Of a stretch of DNA of 64,000 nt, positions 50,931 through 58,788 are shown piece by piece. Numbering within the stretch: position 1 is the first letter of the stretch; every line of letters starts with the position of its first letter. The DNA is from Magnetovibrionaceae bacterium (GTDB lineage Bacteria > Pseudomonadota > Alphaproteobacteria > Rhodospirillales > JBMYSY01). The DNA lies in contig JBMYSY010000011.1 in NCBI GenBank assembly GCA_049603795.1, forward strand, positions 920-64,919. The letters are read 5' to 3'. Below the pieces are notes generated by a model that had not been told where the DNA came from, did no database searches, and saw nothing but the letters and a program-made list of their open reading frames with translations. Made by a program: the position numbers and the translations under genes.

Positions 50931-51559
50931 TGACCTCCCTCGCGATCATCGACTACGGAATGGGAAATCTGTTCAGCATCGCCCGTGCGGTCGAACGGGC
51001 CGGTTTTTCACCGACGATTACCGGCGATGCCGACGAAGTCCGAAAGGCCGATGCCGTTCTTTTGCCGGGTGTCGGTGCCTTTGGCGATGCCATCGCAGAC
51101 CTTGCGCGCGCCAGCTTGGACGAAGCCCTGCGTGAGCGGGTCGCGGCGGGCAGGCCGCTGATCGGTGTCTGTCTCGGTCTTCAGTTGCTTTTTGAGACAA
51201 GCGAGGAATTCGGCAGCCACAAAGGTTTGGGCCTGATCAAGGGGCGTGTGAAGCGGCTGCCCAGAGGTCTCCTGAAGGTTCCGAGTGTCGGCTGGTGTCA
51301 GGTGAATAAGCGTGCGGCGGCGCAAGGGACCCCCCTTGACCAGTTGCCCGATGGTGCCTGGCAATACTTCGTCCATTCCTACGTTGTGGAGCCCGAGGAC
51401 GAGACCGTCATCGCTTCCGATACGGCCTTCGGCGATCTGGCTTTTTGTTCAGCCGTGGCCCAGGGTGCGATTTTCGCCTGTCAGTTTCACCCGGAACGGA
51501 GCGGCGATCAGGGGCTTGCGGTCTATGAGGCCCTGCCGGGTTGGATGGGCAGCCTGTAG
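50930..51559 (+). CDS. HisH-like glutamine amidotransferase subunit homologue (WbuY-type)
   Basis: It has LPGVGAFG, the GVCLGLQLL nucleophile elbow, and the C-terminal QFHPERSG. It is coupled to the HisF-like gene (ATGA-type junction). Confidence 0.88.
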   Translation: MTSLAIIDYGMGNLFSIARAVERAGFSPTITGDADEVRKADAVLLPGVGAFGDAIADLARASLDEALRERVAAGRPLIGVCLGLQLLFETSEEFGSHKGLGLIKGRVKRLPRGLLKVPSVGWCQVNKRAAAQGTPLDQLPDGAWQYFVHSYVVEPEDETVIASDTAFGDLAFCSAVAQGAIFACQFHPERSGDQGLAVYEALPGWMGSL

Positions 51560-51580
51560 GCCCGAGGAGAGGATCGGAAC

Positions 51581-52576
51581 ATGACCGAACAGATCACAGA
51601 TCGTCCTCTCGGACGCGTACTCGTCACCGGTGCCGGCGGCTTCATCGGCAGCCATTTGGTGGAAGCCCTGGTCGGCGAAGGTGCCGATGTGAAAGCGATG
51701 GTTCACTACAACGCGCTCGGATCCAAGGGCTGGTTGGACTCCAGTGAAGCCGTCCGCGACGTCGAGGTGCTGGCTGGTGATATCCAGGATGGCGATTTCG
51801 TGCGCCGGGCGGTCGCGGGCTGCGATACCATCCTGCACCTCGCCGCGCTGATCGGGATTCCTTATTCCTATGTCGCCCCTCGATCTTATGTGCGGACCAA
51901 TGTGGAAGGTACGCTGAACATACTGGAGGCTGCACGGGATTGCGGTGTCTCCCGCATCATTCAGACCTCGACCAGCGAAACCTACGGTACGGCCCTGCGC
52001 GTGCCCATCGACGAAGACCACCCCATGCAAGGCCAGTCGCCCTATTCGGCCAGCAAGATCGCAGCCGACAAGATGTGCGAGGCCTACATCAAATCGTTTG
52101 AGCTGCCGGTGGTTATCCTGCGGCCCTTCAACACCTTCGGCCCGCGTCAGTCGCTGCGGGCCGTCATTCCGACGATCATTTCCCAGGCGGTCTCTGGTGC
52201 GGAAGTGCGCATCGGCAACCTGACGCCGACCCGCGACCTTACCTTTGTCTCGGATACGGTTGCGGGCTTCTTGAGGGCGGCCAAAACCTCCGGCGTTGAC
52301 GGGGAAACCATCAATCTCGGCACAGGACGGGAAATCTCCATCGGCGATCTGGCCGTCCTGATCGGCAAACGGGTCGGTCGGGAGTTGGACCTGATCTCGG
52401 AGCAGAACCGTCTCCGCCCGGAGGCCAGTGAGGTGGAGCGTCTGTTGTCAGATAACACCAAGGCCAAGAATTTGTTGCACTGGGCACCCCAGGTGTCGTT
52501 GGAAGAGGGGCTCGACCGGACGATTGCCTGGGTCAAGGACCAGGGCGGCTTGAATGGCAGCGGCTATGTTGTCTGA
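51581..52576 (+). CDS. NAD-dependent nucleotide-sugar 4,6-dehydratase/epimerase (extended SDR; LegB/PseB-like role possible)
   Basis: It shows VTGAGGFIGSH, STSETYG and YSASKIAADKM. The protein is 331 aa. Confidence 0.85.
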   Translation: MTEQITDRPLGRVLVTGAGGFIGSHLVEALVGEGADVKAMVHYNALGSKGWLDSSEAVRDVEVLAGDIQDGDFVRRAVAGCDTILHLAALIGIPYSYVAPRSYVRTNVEGTLNILEAARDCGVSRIIQTSTSETYGTALRVPIDEDHPMQGQSPYSASKIAADKMCEAYIKSFELPVVILRPFNTFGPRQSLRAVIPTIISQAVSGAEVRIGNLTPTRDLTFVSDTVAGFLRAAKTSGVDGETINLGTGREISIGDLAVLIGKRVGRELDLISEQNRLRPEASEVERLLSDNTKAKNLLHWAPQVSLEEGLDRTIAWVKDQGGLNGSGYVV

Positions 52577-53744
52577 TCCGCCAATCCGCATTCCCTTGTC
52601 CGTGCCGGTGCTGGACGGCAACGAGGCGGCCTATCTGCGCGATTGTGTCGAGACCGGCTGGGTGTCCACCGCAGGGCCTTTCGTTAATGGCTTCGAAGCC
52701 GCCTTCGCGAAGCGTCTCGGCGTCGAGAAAGCCGTGCCCGTGCAAAGCGGCACGGCAGCGCTGCACCTGGCTTTGTTGGTCGCAGGTGTGAAGCCGGGTG
52801 ATCTGGTCCTGACCTCTACGCTGACCTTTGTCGCCACGGCGAACGCCATACGCTATTGCGGGGCGGAGCCCGTCTTTGTCGATAGTTTCGAAGCCGACTG
52901 GCAATTCGATGTTGCCTTGGCCGAGGCCTTTTTGGCGGATGACTGCCGGCATTCGGACGGCTATCTGAGGGAGAAGGCCTCGGGAAAGCGGATCGCAGCA
53001 CTTCTGCCCGTGCATTTGATGGGCGGCATGGTCGATATGACGGCGCTCTTGGCCCTGGCCGAACGCTATGGATTGCCCGTCATCGAAGATGCGACCGAGG
53101 CTTTGGGGGCGACGTTTGATGGGCACCCGGCGGGGACGCTGGGGGATTTCGGTTGTTTCAGCTTCAATGGCAACAAGCTGGTCACCGCCGGTGGGGGCGG
53201 TATGGTGATCGGACGGGACGACGCACAGGTGGAACGTTGCCGTCATCTGAGCACCCAGGCCAAGTTGGATCCGATTGAGGGAACCTTCGAGGAGATGGGT
53301 TTCAACTATCGCCTGACCAACCTGCAGGCCGCCGTTGGCCTGGCTCAACTGGAACGCCTGGAGGCAAAGCTATCGCGCCGTCGGGAGATCTTTGCGGTCT
53401 ATGCGGATGCCTTCGCCGACCGCCCGGGCCTGCAGATGATGCCTTCGGGACAGGCTGTGAAGGCCGCCTGTTGGCTTTCGACCCTGCGACTCTGGCCTGA
53501 TCAATGCGGGTTTACGTCCCGCCAGGCGATGGCAGCCCTGCGGGCAGAGGGAATCGACAGCAGACCCTTCTGGGAGCCACTGCACCTTAGTGCGTCGCAG
53601 CAGGGGGGCGACGGCCGTCCTCCCCGTGTTCTGGGTGGTGAAATGGCGGCGTCCCTGCAACGGGACTGTCTCTGTCTTCCCTCCAGCCCTGATCTCACGG
53701 CTGACGATCAGCAAATCGTGGTATCAACGATCCTGGCGCTTTAA
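52554..53744 (+). CDS. DegT/DnrJ/EryC1/StrS-family PLP-dependent sugar aminotransferase (LegC/PseC-like)
   Basis: It has the fold-type I aminotransferase pattern (SGTAALHLAL, DATEALG, FSFNGNKLVT with the PLP Lys). The start is 52554 or 52566 and overlaps the dehydratase stop. Confidence 0.88.
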   Translation: MAAAMLSDPPIRIPLSVPVLDGNEAAYLRDCVETGWVSTAGPFVNGFEAAFAKRLGVEKAVPVQSGTAALHLALLVAGVKPGDLVLTSTLTFVATANAIRYCGAEPVFVDSFEADWQFDVALAEAFLADDCRHSDGYLREKASGKRIAALLPVHLMGGMVDMTALLALAERYGLPVIEDATEALGATFDGHPAGTLGDFGCFSFNGNKLVTAGGGGMVIGRDDAQVERCRHLSTQAKLDPIEGTFEEMGFNYRLTNLQAAVGLAQLERLEAKLSRRREIFAVYADAFADRPGLQMMPSGQAVKAACWLSTLRLWPDQCGFTSRQAMAALRAEGIDSRPFWEPLHLSASQQGGDGRPPRVLGGEMAASLQRDCLCLPSSPDLTADDQQIVVSTILAL

Positions 53745-53839
53745 GCTTTGTTAACCTTAGTGGGTTCTATTGCCTGGAAGGACGCTCTTATCCCATGGGG
53801 TAGGTGCTTGCGACACTTGATGCCAGGAAGGCCGAGGCC

Positions 53840-54754
53840 ATGACCGATATTACGCTTTCGACTGCTGTTCGCTCCAACCTGCTGTCCCTGCAGAACACCG
53901 CAGGCTTCATTGACCGGACGCAGAGTCGATTGTCGACCGGGTTGAAGGTCGCGAGCCCCACGGATGACGCCGTGAAATTCTTCCAGGCGAAGTCGCTCTC
54001 TGACCGGGCGATCGATTTGGGAAACCGAAAATCGGCGGTCGATCAGGGAATTTCTTCGTTGGACACGGCGCTGAAGGCGACCGAGGCCATTGAACAGTTG
54101 GTCAGCCAGTTGAAAGGGATCGTGGACAGCGCGAGGTCCGGCGACGAGACGCAGCGCAAGGACTTCGGTGCCCAACTCCGCGAGATCGCCGACCAGATTG
54201 AGAAGCTGGTGGAAGACGCGAGCTACCAAGGTTTGAACCTGCTGAACTCCTCAGCCTCCAAGCTTTCCGTTCGCTTCTCCGATAAGACAGATTCAAAGCT
54301 GGATGTGGATGGGATCGATTTCCAATCGTCCGCGTTCTTCCTGACCTCCGCCGGTGTCGCCATCGGCGCGGCGGGTGTCAGCACGGATGGGGTGATCTCC
54401 GGCGTTCTTGGCTTTTCGGAGTTGCTGTCCAGCTTCAACTTCGACGACTCCTCAGACCTGGCCTCCTTCAACGCCCAGGCTGACTTGGCCATCACCCGTC
54501 TCGATCAGGTGATCTCCAACGTGCAATCGCAGTCGGCAACGCTCGCGACCAACGTGGCCATCTTGCAGGTGCGGTCCGACTTCACCAAGGAATACATCAA
54601 CACGCTTGAGACCGGTGCCGGCAAGCTGACGGTGGCCGACCTGAACGAGGAAGGGGCGAACCTTTTGGCGCTCCAGACCCGTCAACAGTTGGGTATTCAG
54701 GCGCTGTCCTTCGCCGGACAATCGGAACAGTCGATCCTGGGCCTCTTCGGCTAG
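53840..54754 (+). CDS. Flagellin (paralogue 1, 304 aa)
   Basis: It has the flagellin N-domain (LSTAVRSNLLSLQNT..RLSTGLKVASPTDDAV) and C-domain (LATNVAILQVRSDFT..LLALQTRQQLGIQALSFA). The centre is Ser/Thr-rich. It starts at ATG 53840. Confidence 0.9.
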   Translation: MTDITLSTAVRSNLLSLQNTAGFIDRTQSRLSTGLKVASPTDDAVKFFQAKSLSDRAIDLGNRKSAVDQGISSLDTALKATEAIEQLVSQLKGIVDSARSGDETQRKDFGAQLREIADQIEKLVEDASYQGLNLLNSSASKLSVRFSDKTDSKLDVDGIDFQSSAFFLTSAGVAIGAAGVSTDGVISGVLGFSELLSSFNFDDSSDLASFNAQADLAITRLDQVISNVQSQSATLATNVAILQVRSDFTKEYINTLETGAGKLTVADLNEEGANLLALQTRQQLGIQALSFAGQSEQSILGLFG

Positions 54755-54810
54755 AGCCTGACCTTTCGCTCTCTGATTAACGCTCTCTGGTTGATGCTTT
54801 TTGGGCCTTT

Positions 54811-54843
54811 GGGGTCGATACTGTGATGTGTCGGCCCCTTTTT
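54811..54843 (+). terminator. Rho-independent terminator after flagellin 1
   Basis: The hairpin is GGGGTCGA-12 nt-TCGGCCCC, with one G-U pair, followed by a T5 run. Confidence 0.65.
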
Positions 54844-55017
54844 GTGCCAGAGCGAACGTGACCGGCGTCACAAAGGATGCGTTAGGGCCGCCAAGTGCTC
54901 TCACGAGGCCGAAAAAAGAAGATGATTTTTGTGGCGAAACGAAATTTAGCCTGCTAATATCTTGGCCGCGTGAGAAGCACGCATGAATGGTGACCATCCT
55001 AGAAAGGGATTCGTGTT

Positions 55018-55932
55018 ATGTCCGACCTTACACTTTCGACAGCCGTTCGCTCGAACCTGCTGTCTCTTCAAAACACCTCCGGCTTGATCGACCGTACACA
55101 AAGCCGTCTGTCCACGGGCTTGAAAGTTGCCAGCCCGACCGATGACGCTGTGAAGTTCTTCCAAGCCAAATCGCTCTCCGACCGTGCAACCGACCTCGGC
55201 AACCGTAAATCTGCGGTGGACCAGGGGATTTCGGCTCTCGATACCGCGCTGAAAGCAACGGAAGCGATCGAAAGCCTCGTCAGCCAGCTCAAGGGTATTG
55301 TTGACAGTGCCCGGTCCGGTGACGAAACCCAACGTAAAGATTTTGGTGCCCAGCTGAAGGAAATCGCCAGCCAGATCGAAAAACTGGTCGACGATGCGAG
55401 CTACCAAGGTTTGAACCTGTTGAACTCCTCGGCTTCCAAGCTTTCCGTCCGGTTCTCCGATAAAACGGACTCCAAGCTGGATGTGGATGGGATCGACTTC
55501 CAGTCGTCCGCTTTCTTCCTGACGTCCGCCGGTGCCGCTATCGGTGCTGCCGGTGTTAGTACGGATGCGGTGATCTCCGGTATCCTTGGCTTCTCGGAGT
55601 TGCTGTCCAGCTTCAACTTCGATGACTCCTCCGACCTGGCTTCCTTCAACGCTCAGGCCGACTTGGCCATCACCCGGCTTGACCAGGTGATCTCCAACGT
55701 GCAGTCGCAGTCCGCAACGCTCGCGACCAACGTCGCCATCTTGCAGGTGCGTTCCGACTTCACGCAGGAATACATCAACACACTTGAAACCGGTGCCGGT
55801 AAATTGACCGTGGCCGACCTCAACGAAGAGGGTGCAAACCTTCTGGCCCTGCAGACCCGGCAGCAGCTGGGTATTCAGGCCCTGTCGTTCGCTGGTCAGT
55901 CCGAACAGTCGATCCTGGGTCTCTTCCGGTAA
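55018..55932 (+). CDS. Flagellin (paralogue 2, 304 aa)
   Basis: It differs from paralogue 1 at about 15 of 304 residues, by my alignment. It has its own upstream region and terminator. Confidence 0.9.
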   Translation: MSDLTLSTAVRSNLLSLQNTSGLIDRTQSRLSTGLKVASPTDDAVKFFQAKSLSDRATDLGNRKSAVDQGISALDTALKATEAIESLVSQLKGIVDSARSGDETQRKDFGAQLKEIASQIEKLVDDASYQGLNLLNSSASKLSVRFSDKTDSKLDVDGIDFQSSAFFLTSAGAAIGAAGVSTDAVISGILGFSELLSSFNFDDSSDLASFNAQADLAITRLDQVISNVQSQSATLATNVAILQVRSDFTQEYINTLETGAGKLTVADLNEEGANLLALQTRQQLGIQALSFAGQSEQSILGLFR

Positions 55933-55954
55933 GTCTAGGGTTCGCCTGATATGG

Positions 55955-55994
55955 GGCCGGGGAAGGGTGGCTATCCTTCTCCGGCCTCTTTATT
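55955..55994 (+). terminator. Rho-independent terminator after flagellin 2
   Basis: It has the 12-bp stem GGCCGGGGAAGG-8 nt-CCTTCTCCGGCC, with one G-U pair, followed by TCTTTATT. Confidence 0.7.
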
Positions 55995-56032
55995 ATCAAT
56001 TCCCTTTCTTCTTCGCTTTCCGGGAATGGCTC

Positions 56033-56482
56033 ATGCCCCTTAATATCCACCTCCGCAAAAGCCAGCGCATCATCATCAACGGTGCCGTGATCGAAAACGT
56101 CGGCGCGCAGAACGCGTCGCTTCGCGTCATGAACAATGCACTTGTCCTGCGGGATTCGGATGTGCTGACACCTGAAGATGCCGTCACGCCCGCCAGCCGG
56201 GCGTATTATGCTTTACAATGTCTTTACCTCTTTCCTGAAGACTGGGCCGAGAACCTTGCCCGGTTCCGGCAGTTTCTGGACCCTTACGTTCAGGCCGCTC
56301 CCAGCGCCAAACCGATTTCAGAAGCCGTGTTGGATTTAATCGACAAGGGCAAGATGTATCAGGCACTCAAGAAGGGCCAAGAGCTGATCAATCACGAGCA
56401 CGAGGTTTTTGCTCATGTACAAGAACGACTTAGTGAAAAACTACAATCAGGCTCCGGCTCCGGGGAACTCGAGACAAACTGA
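56033..56482 (+). CDS. flbT: Flagellin translation repressor FlbT
   Basis: ATG 56033 gives MPLNIHLRKSQRIIINGAVIENVG..LRVMNNALVLRDSDVLTPEDAVTPASRAYY. This parallels Caulobacter/Brucella FlbT. Confidence 0.85.
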   Translation: MPLNIHLRKSQRIIINGAVIENVGAQNASLRVMNNALVLRDSDVLTPEDAVTPASRAYYALQCLYLFPEDWAENLARFRQFLDPYVQAAPSAKPISEAVLDLIDKGKMYQALKKGQELINHEHEVFAHVQERLSEKLQSGSGSGELETN

Positions 56483-56852
56483 AGCCTGGGGGATGATGCA
56501 GGCGGCGATTCGTCTGCGCGAAGCCAAAGAATCCGGGGACCCGGACATGATCCAGGCCGCCGTCCGGATCAACTGGCAGCTCTGGACCATCATTCAGGCC
56601 GATCTTCTGGAACCCGATTGCCCCCTGCCGACCGACCTGCGCAGCAATGCGCTGTCCTTGGCGACATTTATTGATAAGCATTCTATGCAGACCCTGACCA
56701 ACCCGGTGCCAGAGCGCCTGGAGGTGTTGATCAACATCAACCGGGAATTGGCGAGCGGCCTCTATCAAAACCCCACCGAGGAAGGCACCCAGCAGACAGA
56801 GGCGGCACCACCCGCGCCTGCGGTTCCCGGCATGACCGACACGTCCGTTTGA
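56415..56852 (+). CDS. flaF: Flagellar biosynthesis regulator FlaF
   Basis: ATG 56415 is preceded by GAGG. The FlaF-like pattern is present (YNQA..SRQTEAWGMMQAAIRL, NWQLWTI). It overlaps the flbT 3' end by 68 nt in another frame. Confidence 0.8.
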   Translation: MYKNDLVKNYNQAPAPGNSRQTEAWGMMQAAIRLREAKESGDPDMIQAAVRINWQLWTIIQADLLEPDCPLPTDLRSNALSLATFIDKHSMQTLTNPVPERLEVLININRELASGLYQNPTEEGTQQTEAAPPAPAVPGMTDTSV

Positions 56853-56864
56853 TCAGAGGCTTCC

Positions 56865-58787
56865 ATGGATATCCAGAACGAAAAACCGGCGGCCTTGGAA
56901 CAGGCCGTTGTTGATCGCCTGACCGAGTTGGCCAAGGCGGGCCAATGGGACGAGATCGAAAAAATTTGCCGCCCTCTCGCCGAAGCAGAACATGTGTCGG
57001 CAGAGATCTATTACCTCTTGGGACTGGCCGCATTCCAACGCTCTAACTATGCGGATATGTTGACCTTTGCCCGTGCGGCTGTCGATTCCAACGCCATGGT
57101 ATCCGAATGCGCGGATCTGACCGCCGTTGCCTTCGGCCTGGTTGGCGACATGAACAACGCGCTTTTCTATGCCAAGCTTGGCGGTGCTGTCCCCTCGGCG
57201 GAGCCGTTCAAGACGTGGAAACCGGTCGAGTTCCCCACCGTCCAAGCCACCTTTGCCGATGTCCAGGAAGCACCCTTGTTGGCCAGGGGCATGTTGGAAC
57301 TGTCGGTGGGCAATCTGGACAAGGCCGCGCACTGGTTCCACCAGGCGATTGCCGTGGACAATGCTGATCTTCAGGCCTACCTCGGTCTCGTTCAGTGCCT
57401 GAACCTTCAGGAATCCTTCTTCGAAAGTTGCGACGTCCTGCGGGCCGCCCGCCACAGCCTGCCTGACAATGTTCAGATTGCAGCCGAACTGGGCTCGGCC
57501 CTGGCGGCCCTTGGTGAATACGACCGCTCGTTGGCGGTTCACCAGGCTGTTCGGGAAATGGGCGCACCGGATCCTCAGCTCGAACGCGATGCGCTGTTCG
57601 ATCTGATGAGTACCCCGGGGACCACTCAGGCCCAGATCGCAGAGGCCATGAAGAGTTGGGGCGAACGGCACGGGGTTCCCGGAGCCGCTTTGTCGTCCCC
57701 TACCAAGCCGGTCGAGAAGCCGCGTCTGACCGTGGGCTATGTGCTGGGCCGTCGCCGCGCACGCCAGGTTGGCCAGCTGCTCAGTGGCATTATGGCGCAT
57801 CATAACTTCAGTGAATGGCGCGTGGTCGGTTTTGGCGACGGAACGCTTACAGATGACGTCAACACACCGTTCCAGAAAGCCTGCGAGGTCTGGCACGATA
57901 CCCGGGACATGGACCCCTATACCTTCGGGGCCATCGTTACGTCAGAAGGGGTCGACATTCTGATTGATGCGTCAGGCCTGACCACACCGGGCATCTATGG
58001 CGCATTCGCCAGCCGTCTTGCACCTGTTCAGATCGCCTGGGCCGGCGCTGAAGATGCCTCGATCTTCGATGCTACCGATGTGGTGCTCGGCGATGCGGGT
58101 ATGGATCCGGATGGCGCCAAGGTCGGGCCCCTTACACCCTCTCTTCTGAAGACGGGCTTTGTTCTGTGCGAAAAACCCGCCCCGGCACCCGATTCTGCGC
58201 CGACGGAGGACGCGGCTCCTCTAACCTTTGGCGTTGATGCCACGCTGGCGGAGTTGGTCCCGGCTACGGTTTCCCTGTTTGCCGAGGTGCTCGGGAAAGT
58301 GCCGGATGCGAGCCTTGTTTTGCGAGATCATGGATTTCATGCTCCGGCCCAGGTGGATCGGCTGATTTCCTTGTTTGGCGACCATGGCGTCTCTCACCGG
58401 ATCGACGTGATTTCCGCCGAAACGGACGATCAGTTCCTGGCCGAAACGGATGTCTGCCTGGTCCCGCTCGGCTCCCGCCGGCTTGAAATCCCGCTGGTGG
58501 CGATGGCGCAAGGCAAGCCCGTTGTGGCGTTGCAAGGCCCGGTTCGATCCGCCCGCGTCGTTGATTCCCTGCTCATGGCTATCGCGCCCGAAACCTGCCC
58601 GCCGGTGGCGGACAGGGCGGCCTACGTGTCATCTGCCGTGCAATGGGCATCCGATGCCGATCGCCGTGCCGCCGTGAAGGCGCCCCTGTCTCAGGCGGTC
58701 CAAGATTCTAGCCTGTTTGCTGCGGACAAAAGGGCGACCGAGTTGGAGGCCCTCTACAAGGATCTCTGGCAAAAAGCCATCAGCTGA
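56865..58787 (+). CDS. TPR-repeat protein with divergent GT41-like glycosyltransferase domain, paralogue 4
   Basis: The 640-aa protein has TPRs followed by LTVGYVLGRRRARQV, VDILIDASGLTTPG, RLAPVQIAWAG and FGVDATL. It is more divergent than paralogues 1-3. It starts 12 nt after the flaF stop. Confidence 0.7.
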   Translation: MDIQNEKPAALEQAVVDRLTELAKAGQWDEIEKICRPLAEAEHVSAEIYYLLGLAAFQRSNYADMLTFARAAVDSNAMVSECADLTAVAFGLVGDMNNALFYAKLGGAVPSAEPFKTWKPVEFPTVQATFADVQEAPLLARGMLELSVGNLDKAAHWFHQAIAVDNADLQAYLGLVQCLNLQESFFESCDVLRAARHSLPDNVQIAAELGSALAALGEYDRSLAVHQAVREMGAPDPQLERDALFDLMSTPGTTQAQIAEAMKSWGERHGVPGAALSSPTKPVEKPRLTVGYVLGRRRARQVGQLLSGIMAHHNFSEWRVVGFGDGTLTDDVNTPFQKACEVWHDTRDMDPYTFGAIVTSEGVDILIDASGLTTPGIYGAFASRLAPVQIAWAGAEDASIFDATDVVLGDAGMDPDGAKVGPLTPSLLKTGFVLCEKPAPAPDSAPTEDAAPLTFGVDATLAELVPATVSLFAEVLGKVPDASLVLRDHGFHAPAQVDRLISLFGDHGVSHRIDVISAETDDQFLAETDVCLVPLGSRRLEIPLVAMAQGKPVVALQGPVRSARVVDSLLMAIAPETCPPVADRAAYVSSAVQWASDADRRAAVKAPLSQAVQDSSLFAADKRATELEALYKDLWQKAIS

Positions 58788-58788
58788 T

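Noticed and set aside
54940-54975. Sigma28-like (TTAG-N15-GCCGCGTG) or sigma54-like (TGGCCG..GAAGCA) element upstream of flagellin 2.
   Set aside because: Only 4 of 8 positions of the -10 GCCGATAA box match, and the -35 element is poor. The sigma54 reading has a spacing one base too long. The promoter class is left unresolved.
55935-55944. CTAGGGTTCG just after flagellin 2, which resembles the first ykkC block.
   Set aside because: None of the other conserved riboswitch blocks follow. The segment runs into the flagellin terminator, so this is coincidental.
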